Assembly (NCBI GenBank): GCA_009914755.4
Contig: CP068257.2
Span: 9,280,001-9,344,000, forward strand
Reading direction: 5' to 3'
From: the human T2T-CHM13v2.0 reference genome, Homo sapiens
Length of the DNA stretch: 64,000 nt
Within the stretch, counting starts at the first letter, position 1. Each line of letters opens with the position of its first letter. Made by a program: the position numbers and the translations under genes. The notes below the pieces were generated by a model that ran no database searches, was not told the DNA's origin, and was given only the letters and a program-made list of their open reading frames with translations. Below are positions 25,874 to 38,050 of the stretch, in pieces.

Positions 25874-28800
25874 TAGAACAGGGTTTTGGTTTTTGTTTAT
25901 TTTATGAGGGGCTCTGGAGTAGGAGAGCCAGAGCATGGGGAGATGCTATCAAGGACAGCTCAGTGCCATAGGGTGAGAAAGCCTACGCCACCAGGTGATG
26001 CTGTGTGTCTCCTGAAGTCATAAGCGACAAGGTTTATGGGGAAACAGAGGAAATCACTCAACTAAATATCATCTTCAATTTCCCCTAATTTCTGAAGTTT
26101 GGGAAATGCTGAGACCCATGACTTTTCAAATTACACATGGTCTTTTTAAGTTAAAAAAGAGAAGTGGGTCAATGAATTAGAAGGGAAAAATAAGACAGTC
26201 TTCTCCCTTCTTCTATGTGGCAGGCAGGGGTGGCAGGGAGTTACTTCTGTAACTCGAAAGGCTTCTGACTTTTTAAAAGGAAATTGTTGTCATTGTTAAT
26301 CAGGGCAGGGTCTTCTTGCCCTTTCTTGTAGAATAGCTTGGGTTTGAATTTTGGCCTTAGCCCAAAGTTTCTGGGTTACGATTGCACACAGCAGGCTTGT
26401 GAGTGTGGGTGTCAAGAAGGAGGTGGGATTTTCATAATTCCACTCTCTCAGCTCTCAACTTTGTGAAAGTGCCATTACTACCAGAAGTACTTCTCTATCT
26501 GCTCAGGTCTTCCTGCTCTACAAATCTCAACAGACAATGATGAATCATCCCTGAAGACTGCTCCGCATCATACATTTATCTGTGTTTCTCAGTCCTGGGT
26601 TGACATTTTCCTTCTCTCTCTCTGTCCCAGGATGTCTCAAGCTCAGCACTATTGACATTTTTGGTTGTATAATTCCTGGTCACAGGGGGCTTTCCTGTGT
26701 CTTGTAGGATATTTTAACAGCATCTGGGCTTACATAAAGCACAAAAAGGGCCTGAAGCTCTGAAGGTTGGGGAAAGCACACTCAAAATCCAGAGCCTGGT
26801 CAGTGAGGCTCAGGCCTTCCCTGAGTCTTTGTCCACAATATCAAGAAACCGCAATGAAGACTCAAAAACTATGGAATATTTGCTGTGACATCTGCCTCTG
26901 AATTGTTAGATATTAGCAAAATAATATGGCTTTTGCTGGCACCTCAGATGCTGGTGGGCTATCACGTGGAATGATTATGAATTTCTGTAAAGAGCCAAGC
27001 CAGCTGAGGCTTGGTGGGTGGACTGTTAGGAAGCGTGGCTGGGTCCATTAGCCGGGTGTTTCAGTAGACGAAGCTCTGGGACGTGACACTGAAGTCAGCA
27101 GGCCCAGGAAGCTCACCACATGTCTTGAAACTGCAGCCTGTGGCACAAAAGTAAAATGGGAATAGATTAGTCTTTTGGGAGCTAATCTCCCAGTTGAAAT
27201 GCAATAGAACTTACAGCAAGTGACAACTTTCTAAATTATTTTCTTATGCCTCATGCCGTTCTTTTGTCTCTATTTTTAGTGTTTCCACCTACTAACTTCA
27301 TTCTTTCTCCCGCTATTTCTAATACATCGCCAATGATGTATTTTCAATAAGAATTCAATTACCTGGAGAGGCAGATGTGCTAACTGGCAATCTGAGGGTT
27401 TTTCTGCAAGTTGATTGCAAAGCTGACTCAAGGTTCTAGCCCTGCTGCTGTCAGGAGAGACTCACTGTCAACAAGCTGTTAAAAATGAAACTTCATAATG
27501 AGGGAGAATGTATGGAACATCAAGTAATCTCCTTGTTCTTACCAATTGCCTCATTTAATTGGCACTGTTTTATTGAATTTTTAATAAAGTGAAGTGAGAT
27601 TTTAATGTAATCCCATCTACTTTAGACCTAATTCAACATACTAATTTATTACGAATCTTTGTTTTTTATGAAGTTATGCATTGAAAAGTTTCCTAAATTG
27701 CCAGTTATTTGTAAACTTTAAAAAACTTCTCCAAAGTAGTTTTGTTATTTGTAATACTGCAAAAAGCAACGCAAAACCACACAAGAGCATTTTGTTGACT
27801 GTCGCCGCAGTTAAGGTACTGAGTGTTGTTAAGGGAATGTATGTTTATATTTGCTAAATTTTCATGAACTTGGTAATTGAGCCATGATTATATTAACCCT
27901 TTAGATTGATAGAACTATGGCAATAACTATGTAGTCCTGTGATAGGCCTGGACGTTGAAAAGGTGAGTGGCTGATTTCATTTAATTGTGTGATCTGAAGT
28001 GGGTCTCATTATAAACCATACACCTGATTTGAGTCATACAGTGTAACTTTTAGTGAAAGTTGTAAAGGTTTTCCTGAAAAAATGCTGAAGGTGCTTTTGC
28101 CTAGTAACTGTATTCTGATTATTGTATTTCAGGGCACTCAGGGAATTAGCAGCTTCTCAGATAGAGCACGTAACGAGCTACCAGTGTGTAAAGTCCCCAC
28201 TATTTTAACAAGGAGACACTAAAACCAGAAAGACATTTCCAGTCGCCCAGATCCCGAAAAGTACATAAAAATCACCTCAGGACATTTAGTGGAACCCATG
28301 AATAGCTTTCAGTAAAATGCACAATTCATGTGTCTATAATTTTCTAAAAATTTGGTTCTAAATACCTCTTAAATTTCATAAATAATATATGTTAATTTTT
28401 TAAAATATTAGACAATAAGCATAGAGAAATAAAAAGTTAACTTGTAACTTTATACCCAGAGGAAATTACTGTTGATATTTTGTTGTATAATCAGAGACAT
28501 TTCTATTTTGTACAATATTGTGAAAAAAAAACTGTTCATAATATTTTAAAATAAATTTTCTAGTGAATAATGTAACTAACAAGCACATTATTAGCAGCAG
28601 CATTGATTAATGGCTGCAGAGCATCTTTTGGTATGGGTCTACTGAAATGTATTTAACCAATCCTCAAAGTTGGTTATTTAATTTATTTTTAATATTTCTG
28701 CTACCATAAATAACGCTGTGCTGAGCACTTGCACTTCAGGTTTGCTGTGCTTCTTCACTGCGGTCTTACGATAAATATCTAGAGCGAAAGGGAATTTACA

Positions 28801-29149
28801 CGGCTAAAAAATGACTCCTAGAGAACTTCAGAATCTCCCAGACAGCCTATTCAATTCTTTCTATGGTTCAACAAATGGAATAATATTTCAACAGGCACTT
28901 CACAGAAGAGATGAACAAAATGGAAAAAAGAAAGAGAATGAAGTATGCGCTTACTCCCGAATCCAGAGCAGCAGTCTCACTGGTGCAGACACGTCCCTGA
29001 GGGTAGATGTTACTTATGGGGGATCTGGCGTCAGCGGCTGTCCTGGACCCTGGCCACACTATGCCGTCCTCATCGTTCCTGCTCCAGGAAGAGAAACAAC
29101 ACTGCTGAGTTGCTGCTGGGCGCATGGCCCTGGCATCGTGGCCTCCATA

Positions 29150-30130
29150 TGTCGGTTATTTACAGGGTTTTCCCTGCTGCACTGGTTTCCCGTGGTGGCA
29201 CAACAAATACTACAAATTTAACATCTTAAAAAAAACAGCAGTTTCCCCTCTCCAGGTGCCGGGGGCTGGAAGTGTGGAGTCAGGCCCAGCAGGGCCGTGC
29301 TCGCTCTCGAGGCTCCAGAGGAGAGCCCTTCCTTGCCTCTTCCAGATTCTGGTGGCTCAGAGCTCTGTTTGGTTATTTTTTACAGTTTCTATTTCTCTGA
29401 TGATATAGTCAATCTTTCCACTCATGTGAAGGGCACTTACCTTCATCTCACTGAGCACAATTATGCGAGCGTTGCTTCAGAGTCTTTTGGGGATAACTTT
29501 GACATTGGGTCTTCTCAGGCTTGGGATCTTCTCTCTTGAGAACTGGTCACATTTTCCTGGTGATTTATATGTCAATTAATTTTGAATTGCATCATGGTCA
29601 TTTTCGACATGATTTTGTGTAAGCTCTGGGTCTTCATTTTAAAGTATAAGTTTTATTATTATCCAGGTATGGTGAGGCCACCAAAGGAAGTCACAATTGC
29701 CATCCAAAATATAATTTGCTGTTCACAGCTCTCAAGAGGTGGGGTGTGCCTCGACATGCAGGGACACCATGAAAGCACAAGGGTTGGTCATGGACAGAAG
29801 GAAGGGGAGGAGAAGGTGGCAGGCACCTTCATCATGGGATCTGCAGGAAGGAATGGGCAAGGCAGCGTATGCTGGCTTAGGACTGGCCAGTTTGAATGCT
29901 TTCAGCAGGCTCTGGGTTGGGGGCCACCTGAGTTGTTGGGCACCTGGTCCTGAGACGATCAGGGAAGGGGCATATGTGTTTGGTGCTCAAGGGCCAGACA
30001 GGGGAGGTGGGGGTGGGCTGACTCCATCTTGGTTGGTTTCCCCTGAAGGCTGGGCTGACAGGTGAGTTGTTTGCTATCTCTAGGAATCAGTTAACCCTGG
30101 GAGGGGTAGTCTGTCCCAGGTCAGCAAGGC
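29150..30130. mobile_element. Putative ancient LTR-retrotransposon-derived sequence, tentative
   Basis: Contains 'caggtgccgggggctggaagtgtggagtcaggcccagcagggccgtgctc.ctctcgaggctccagaggagagcccttccttgcctcttccagattctggtgg'. This resembles the widespread LTR motif '...ttctggaggctggaagtccaa.atcaaggtgtcggcagggc..tgctccctctgaaggctctagggga.aatccttccttgcctcttccagcttctggtgg'. Boundaries and family are uncertain. Confidence 0.25.
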
Positions 30131-30569
30131 CCCAGATGCCAAGGCATCAAGAACACAGAATATAAGAAACTAGAAGGAATGCAGCCTTGTTAAAAACCCC
30201 TCGGGGAATGTTGTTTATTTTTTCCCCGCAGGCAAATCCATGTGGCTTGGCTCAGAGGGCAAGTTCTGTCTCCCTGTGCGTGGGCGGATCCCAAGGCCTT
30301 TGCTAAGCTGCCCTGGTGGCTCTGATTTTGTCCTGTGCACAAACAGCTGGGGGGGGTGGGGACCAGGACTGTGGGGGTGCTACACACAGAGCCAGACAAG
30401 CCCATTCTGCAGCTCTCTCCTCTAAGGGCTCCCCCCACCTCCCTAGCTTACAGGGGCTCCTTCTCCTGATCCTTTGGCCAGAAGGAAGGGGTTTCTTTTA
30501 AAGTCCTTGCCCTGAGGCACCACACAGATGTGGCTCTATAACTGGTGCCACCTAAAGGGAAACATGACA

Positions 30570-30805
30570 AGAAGAGAGAGAGAAGGAGGGAGAGGGAGAA
30601 GGAGGAAGATAGAGGGAAAGGAAGTTGGGGAGGGAGAGTAGGGAGAGAAAGGGGAGAGAAGAGAAAGGGAGGAGGGAAAAGAAGTGGGGAGGGAAAAAGA
30701 GAGGGACAGAAGAGGTGGGGAAAGAGGGGCAAGAGGAAGGAGACAGGAAAAGCGGAGCAGAGGAGGGAGGAAGAGGGGCGGGAGAGACGGGGATTGAGAG
30801 AACAC
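30570..30805. repeat. GA-rich (GGA/GAGA/GAA)n purine tract, about 235 bp
   Basis: Seen directly: purine on the + strand almost throughout, and a mirror-repeat-rich homopurine/homopyrimidine tract. Confidence 0.85.
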
Positions 30806-33800
30806 ACAGAATTTCTTCCCCCCATGCTTTGAAGACAGGATCCTTTTTTCTTCTGGCCACAGACACTGGATTTCTCCTGGGATTTAGCTGCTTGTGCCAC
30901 CACAGCTGGCGCTCCACTGGGGAGAGCCAAAAAACAAAAAAACTAACCCCTCAAAGGAAGCACTTCCTTTATATGGACTGAATCGTGTCCCCCTTGAGAC
31001 TCACAAAATGAAGCCCCAGCCCCAGTATCTGAGAGTGTGACTGTATTTGGAAACAGCAGCTTTAAAGACGTGATTGAGGTAACATGAGGCCATCAGGGGC
31101 CGCAATCTGGCCTGTGCCCTGATAGGAAGAGGAGACTGGAACAGGACACACATACTGCAGGAGGCACAGAGCGAAGACGCCACCTGCAAGCCAGGGCCAG
31201 AAGCCTTGGAAGAAGCACCTGCACACCTGAATCTTGGACTCCAGTTTTCAACACCGTGAGAGAGTAAATTTCCATTGCCAGCCAGTCTGTGGCCATCTGC
31301 AATGACTCTAGCACGTTAATATACCCATCTAAGGGTTGCCTCCCCGAGTTTTTATTCTCTTCCCAGTCTGTCTGCTTTTGTGGATGTCTGGAGCTCTTGA
31401 GCAGTTGCTTTCTGATTTTGCCCAGAGCTTTCAGTTGCAATCAGCGAGAAAGAAGCTGCAGGAACTTGTTTCATCTTGACCATTCATACATATTGAACTG
31501 ATGTGTTTGTTACATTCTACCGTCTCTTGAGTGTAATCAAATAAAAGAGCATCTGATGTAATAGGAAAATAGAGCAGGCTTTGCTAACCAGCTCATCCTC
31601 CCTCCGCAGACACCACACAGAACGTTGGTTCCTGGAGGCTCCAATCCATGTTGAGGATTGGCATAATGGGAACGGAATGATCTTGGGTCATAGGTTTTGC
31701 TTTTTTTTTTTTTTTTTGCTTCTATTCAGAAAAAATTATACTTTAGAATTCTGATTAAAAATCTGAGAAATGAAATGAGCATGCCTTTTAAAAAATGTTT
31801 CACAAGAACATTGCAGTTTTATTCTAGAAGTTGTAGCAGGGAGATTTTGGCTTCATGTAATAGAAAGCCCAATGAGAATAAGATTAAACACTAAGGGAAA
31901 TGGGTTTGCTGCATGTAAGGAAATCTAGAAGTGGGCATGGCCTGGACTGGCTAATCCAGGGGATTAGCCAACTCTCTTACCTGGGGAAAGTTGCGGATAT
32001 TTTCCATGTAAATTCTCCTGAGTCCTGCAGCCTCAGTGAGAAAGTGTGCATGTGTGTACTCACGTGTGTGTGTGTGTGTGTAATGTGATGTGGGGGCTTT
32101 GGACAATCCATTCTCTTCTGTGCAGAGGTGAACTTTCACTTTGGAGAAACTGAACAACTGTCTGAGTGAGAGCACACTCTTATCATCCTGTGTGATCAGT
32201 GGCACTTTGCTAATGATCCAAGAAGTGAGAGACAACAGGTGGAGCAGAAATTAGAGTCCACCAGGCCATATTACTCCCACTGGGGAGGGCTGCACCCAGT
32301 GATACACTGAAAAACGTGTAACACGTCACTCCCTGAAAAAGGCTGTGCTTTGTAGCATTTGTCAATTTCCGTGGTCTAAATATTGACCCACTTTTTGTTC
32401 CCAACACAATGTCCCTAAAAATGGCGATGGGAAGCTTTGCACCCCAGGCTCTTATGAGCCGGCACGAGCTGGCTCCAGCACACCACTGGTTTCCACTTGA
32501 AATAGTGAGAATATCTAGTTTTTATTGAGAACGTGGCTGTGCACAGCCTAGAACAGGATTTCTCAGCCTCACTTCTACAGGCCTTCTGGGCTGGCACATC
32601 CTCTGTTATGAGGCCTCACTGTCCATGGTAAGATGTTTGGCAGCATCCCTGGCCTTTACCCACCATGGGCCAGTAGTATTCTCCCAGTTGTGACAACTAA
32701 AATATCTTCAAGCTTTGTCAAATGTCCCCTGTGGGCAAAATTGTGCCCGTTGGAGAACCACTGGCCTAGAAGAAGAAGGGTGAGTTGGCTCAGTATGGAA
32801 GCTGTTTATTTGTTTTGAGGTCCTGCTAACATTTGAAGGCAAAGAGAAGGCCTGACATTTGCTGTGGGCTTGGGCTTCATAAATGCCCGTCAAAGAATGG
32901 TCTATGCAAAGGCAGTGATTTCACATATGTCTGAATGTGGATTTATACATTTTTTTCTAGTTGGTGTGTGTCAGGTGTAGAATCCCTACATTCTGTTTGC
33001 TCTATAAGGTAGTATTTTTAACAGTGATTTAAACATTTTAAACTATTGATTTTTCATCATAGTTTTTGCTCCAGTAGAAATTAGGAATTGATCAATTCTT
33101 TTTAACTTCAGGTGTGCAAAGCAATTGGCTGATTAAACCTACAAATATAGTAGAACCCTTATGTTATTTTCTGGATGAGAACTAAATGTTAAAATTTGAG
33201 AAAGGTGAGGACAAAATTCTTTATGGATCTTGGTTAGGGGTTTCAAATGTCAATCAAGATATAAATGAGATGAATGCCTTGTGGAATTAATTATTTTTAT
33301 GACTGTGTTATGATATGAAAATGTTATGATAGGGAAAAATGCAAGAAACTGTTACCCCTGTAGGAATATTGACTTTGTAGCCTTGGTTAGAAGACAGGCT
33401 CTGATGGAAAAATTTGCTATGATGGATTGTGCCATGGAGACTTGACTCTCTCTACATTTATGGCACTGAAGCCACCTCTGTGGTGTGCAGTGTGGACGCA
33501 TGCCACGTCTCTCAGACGAAGCACACCTGGCAGTGGGCAGGCCCTGGCTGTGCCCTGCTGCTGTGGCCTGCCCCTTCTTCCTCTAGTAGGGCGGGGACCC
33601 TCTAACCAGGCAGCTTTGGACTAGACCAGTGCTATTCGAAGAATGATCTGGAGACAGTGACCAGGAGTCCTTTGTGGACCTGGGGACCTAACATTAGGAA
33701 TGATAAGTCCAGAAACTGAGCATTTAGAAACTTGTAAAGAAATTTGATGTTGCCATGTGAAGTAAAAATGTGGTCTGTTTTAGCAATTCATTTATTTTGT

Positions 33801-35117
33801 AGTTTTTAATAGTGTTGGTCTACAATAGATTAGGAAAAACAAAACCAAACAAGAAACCAACCAACCTCCTCCAAATCTGGTTCTTTTCCTCCAAATACTC
33901 AGAGAAGCACAAGAATAGACTGTTTACACCCTGGAGAGTCTTGCACAGTCTGTTTCCAGCTCATGCACCGTGAAGGCTGCTATGAGAGTAATAAACTGTG
34001 TTTCTTTCAAGGGAGGTGATGAAAATTGGAGAAGGTGGTGAGGATGCTTGATTGAAGTGAGTCCACAGCAGGCTTCACAGGGACTGTGGAGGCCTCTGCC
34101 AGGTGCATGTCCAGCCCCCTCAGCTTCTTTGTGGACATCCTGGGCCCTTCAGGGCTCTCTCGGGGTAAGGCGTGAGACCAGATCCTCACATAACTTCCAA
34201 GAGAACTGAAACCAGGACAGGGATGCAACACACTCAACTGTTCACTCTCCAGAACGATTTTCAGCATTTCAGGTGGAACTGAAATCTCTCGGACTCTGAG
34301 GCCTGCTCTCTTGTAACCTCTAACTTAAGTGCTAAAAGGTATACTAAATGCATTTTCAGTTTTGTTGCTATATTTGCAAGTTTCTGAAACTCTGCCTATA
34401 GTTCATAATTGTAGATAAAGAAGTAAAAAAAAAGAAAGCATTTGTTCTGTTGAAGGTAAAATATGCCCACATGTCATATGCAAAATGACATTGATGTGAG
34501 AGCCATTTCCTCTCATTTACATAAGACAAAGTTCCTTCCATGCCAAACTTCTCTAGAAACAATATCTGGAAAAGCACAGGTGAAGGAGAGGTATGACAGA
34601 AGAATCCCAAACTGGATACTGAACGCAGAACTTGTTGCCCTTGTCTAGCAAGTTCAGATTGCCATAAGGAAGTCACCATGAGTGGTAGGTTAAATGGCCA
34701 TTGCTACATTAAACTTTCTCTTAATATCACTTCAAACATTTAAAAATATATATTAGAAGAAATGCTACCATTTTCAATTAATTCTATTTTACTGGTTTCT
34801 CTTTCTGTTAATATAAATATGCATAGCTCTTTTCTTCAAATACAAAGCTGTTGGAAATTTCTAGGAACTAATTATCAAGAGGAAGAAGAATATTAACAAT
34901 ATACCTTGAAGTTTGTATTTCTTTTAGTCATAGCATTTTTAGATATTCATTTAAACATGAAAAATATTGGAACAATCTTGTTTTACCAACAAAACAACAG
35001 ATTCCTAGATATAATTTTTATTTAGTCAGGCTTCTCATTTTTTTCAGTCCTCAATTCTTTTTTCTTCTATTGTCTAAAGGACATCTTACCATGCTGCATC
35101 CCTGTTGTCTTCAGTAA

Positions 35118-35305
35118 GGATGGCACCAAGTTCAAGAGACTGAAGAAGAGACCTGGAGCCAGTGAATGAGACATAGAGTTTACTGAGGGGACTTACATAC
35201 AGGGCAGCCCACTGGTAGGAGGCTGGACAGCAGAAGTGCTACCATTTATAAAAAGCATGCAGTTTATACAGACTAGGTGAGTCTGCATGCTCAGGGTATG
35301 CTTAA
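35118..35305 (+). repeat. Copy 1 of a locally duplicated ~190-bp segment, paralogous to 37862-38050
   Basis: 'ggatggcaccaagttcaagagactgaagaagagacctggagccagtgaatgagacatagagtttactgaggggacttacatacagggcagcccactggtaggaggctggacagcagaagtgctaccatttataaaaagcatgcagtttatacagactaggtg' is about 80% identical to the sequence at 37862. Confidence 0.7.
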
Positions 35306-36166
35306 ATTAAGTTATTCCTGTCAGGTTTGTCTACCGTACCCTCCTCCCCAGCAGACCCTGGAATGCCGCTCACATTCTCACCGTGTCATTCCTCCACGAT
35401 TTCCCTGGGCCAGGTATGGGGGGGAACATTGCAGCCAGATCTCATAGCAGCAACACAAATTACAACAAAACAGAATAACAAATACAATAACAGTCATAAC
35501 GTTTTCCCAAGTGCTTGGGAGTTGACCTTACATGCTCAGTGGCAGGCCTATGGTGGAGAGGACAGCTCTTCGCACACCCAACAGTCTGGATGTTTTCTGG
35601 AGAGATGCCACCATCTGCACCCAGTTGGCAAAGAGGTTTGCTGCACACCATCCAACAAGATGACACCCAGGTATTTGATTGATAAGCCTGGCCCCTGGAC
35701 TTTGTGTTGACCACCCATCCTCTGTTCTCCAAGTGAGACAGCAAGGTGATTGTTGCAGTTTGTAAGCTGGAAAAACACTCGAAGTTAATGGAAAACATGT
35801 ACCCTCCCCCTCTGGGATGATATTTCCAGGGGAAGATGGTAAAGGCCCGTTGTTCTTATGTTTGAGGGAGCGAAAATATTTTGCATATTACCAAGTGACT
35901 AGTGTCACACCCAGTGGGTCACGCTGCTGGCCCTTTGGTTGCCCCCTTTCCTTTGGCGCCCTTGACTTTCATCCTTGTAGCATGTACCCCTTGCCCATGC
36001 AGTTTCTTCATGTCTCCTAAGTCAGTGGCTGCTCGGGCCACTGGAGACACTGGCTGTCCTGCCTAAGGGTTCAGGAGAGACACTAGCACACCATACCACT
36101 GACTGGATGCTGGCTCTAATCTTTCATGCCGCCAGTGAACAAAAGCTGATTTTTGGAAACTAGATA

Positions 36167-36350
36167 GTGCTCAGCGTAGATAGCATGCTTCCTTCTTAAT
36201 TCCCAGAGGATGTCTGGCACTTTCGTCATAGTCTGGCGTTGCAGAGGAGATGTGGGGATGTCTGCTCAGCATAGACAGTATACTTCATTCTTAATTCCCA
36301 GAGGATGTCTGGCATTTTCGTCGTAGGCTGGCATTGCAGAGGAGACGGGG
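36167..36350. repeat. Tandem duplication, about 96 bp x2 ('tgctcagc.tagacag.at.cttc.ttcttaattcccagaggatgtctggca.tttcgtc.tag.ctggc.ttgcagaggaga.g.gg')
   Basis: Seen directly. Confidence 0.75.
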
Positions 36351-36596
36351 TGGGGGTGGTGTCTCACTCATTTGGCCAGTTCCCCTTGCAGCCACAACCA
36401 CCCAGCTACCATAGGTATGGCTCAATCCTCATTACTGGAGCTGCAGCGGTGCTGCCTCAGGACCGGGTGGCTTGTGGTGGACACCATTCCACTCACCTCA
36501 AATACAGAGATACAGCACCTCATGTCCCCTAGTGGTAGAAGCCACCCGTGATCAGCTCTCCCCCTTCCTCCTGAAACTATCTCCCAGCTCCACCAG

Positions 36597-36776
36597 TTCC
36601 ACAGTGGTGCCACCCTGCGCTGTGTCATGCTGCCATCTTTCAGGCAGGGGAGACAGTTCCACAGTGGTGCTCCCTTGTGCTGTGTCATGCTGCCATCTTT
36701 CAGGCAGGGGAGAGAGTTCCATAGTGGTGCCGCCCTGTGCTGTGTCGTGCTGCCATCTTTCAGGCAGGGGAGAGTT
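36597..36776. repeat. Minisatellite, 60-bp unit x3 ('gttccacagtggtgc.accctg.gctgtgtcatgctgccatctttcaggcaggggagaga')
   Basis: Seen directly, with the exact periodicity visible in the line layout. Confidence 0.9.
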
Positions 36777-37344
36777 TTGTGGGTCTACTCCCTGAGGGAG
36801 TGATTGGCCTGCCTTTATCTTGGTGGTGACCACTAGATGTGCATCGGGGGCTGGGAACCTCTATGGACTTATCTCAGTCCTTGTCCTCACTCTCCTCCCA
36901 GCGGGGCTCTCCATGGGGCCCTAGGACTTAGGGCCCCAGGATGATTGGGTCATGATAGCCCTGACTAGTAGATGTGGCAGTCAGCGACCCTTCAAATGGG
37001 CTACCCAATGATCCAGGGTCTCCATTTTGCCACCCTGTTCTCACAGGCAGGACAGTAAGTCTCTGATGTTTCAACCTGAGATAATCTTGTATCTCTTTCT
37101 GGTCATAAATTGTCTTGTACTTGATGCACCTTTGCCTGTGCTGTGAGCTGAGCCTCAGTGTCTGTTTGGAGTGTAGTCAGGAGCAGCCACCCGTTGTGGC
37201 TGCCAAAACTTGGGCATCTAACCTTGCTTAGATAGATATGCCCCCTGCCACAGCTCTTCCAGACCTCTCAGCATTTTCAGGGGGTTATCATACTCACTCA
37301 TTTGGCCTCATCCATTAAGGATAGTGGCTATAAGGCCCACATAG

Positions 37345-37787
37345 ACATGGACAGCCAGCCCAGGGTCTCTCCCATGGATGTCCCCTTCCCTGATCATAGG
37401 CATGGACAGCTGGCCCAGGTTTTCCTCCGTGGATCTTCCTTTCCTGATCACAGGCATGGACAGCCAGCCCAGGGTCTCCCCCGCGGATCTCCCCTTCCCT
37501 GATCATAGGCATGGACAGCCGGCCCAGGGTCTCCCCCATGGATCTCCCATTCCCTGATCATAGGCATGGACAGCCAGCCCAAGGTCTCCCCCGCGGATCT
37601 CCCCTTCCCTGATCATAGGCATGGACAGCCGGCCCAGGGTCTCCCCCATGGATCTCCCATTCCCTGATCATAGGCATGGACAGCCAGCCCAGGGTCTCCC
37701 CCGCGGATTTCCCCTTCCCTGATCATAGGCATGGACAGCCGGCCCAGGGTCTCCCCCGTGGATCTCCCCTTCCCTGATGCTATCATC
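37345..37787. repeat. Minisatellite, about 57-bp unit x about 8 ('catggacagccagcccagggtctcccccatggatctccccttccctgatcatagg')
   Basis: Seen directly. Confidence 0.9.
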
Positions 37788-37861
37788 TTGGTATTCACGG
37801 GGTTTGCTCTGACTTACTGGCTTCCTCACCAGTTGTGCTGGATCCTTATTGGCTTTGGTAG

Positions 37862-38050
37862 GGATGGCACCAGGTTCAAGAGGCTGAAGAAAAGACCTGG
37901 AGCCAGTGAACTGGATACGGGGTTTATTAAGGAAACTTTCATACAGGGCCATTGAGCGGTGGCAGGCTGGACAGGAGGAGCACTGTCATTTGTCAAAAGC
38001 ATGCAGTTTACACAGATCTGGTGCAGGTACATTCTCAGGCTTTGCTTAAG
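37862..38050 (+). repeat. Copy 2 of the locally duplicated ~190-bp segment, paralogous to 35118-35305
   Basis: 'gggatggcaccaggttcaagaggctgaagaaaagacctggagccagtgaactggatacggggtttattaaggaaactttcatacagggccattgagcggtggcaggctggacaggaggagcactgtcatttgtcaaaagcatgcagtttacacagatctggtg'. Confidence 0.7.

Noticed and set aside
30448-30981. ORFs of 160, 121, 118 and 95 aa rich in E/R/K/G or S/L/P.
   Set aside because: Translations of the 235-bp (GGA/GAGA)n purine tract and its complement.
35958-35975. 'tttggcgcccttgac', which resembles the start of a retroviral primer-binding site (TGGCGCC...).
   Set aside because: It lies about 630 bp downstream of the nearest candidate terminal repeat instead of immediately adjacent. 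No polypurine tract or second LTR sits in the right place, so it is likely coincidental.
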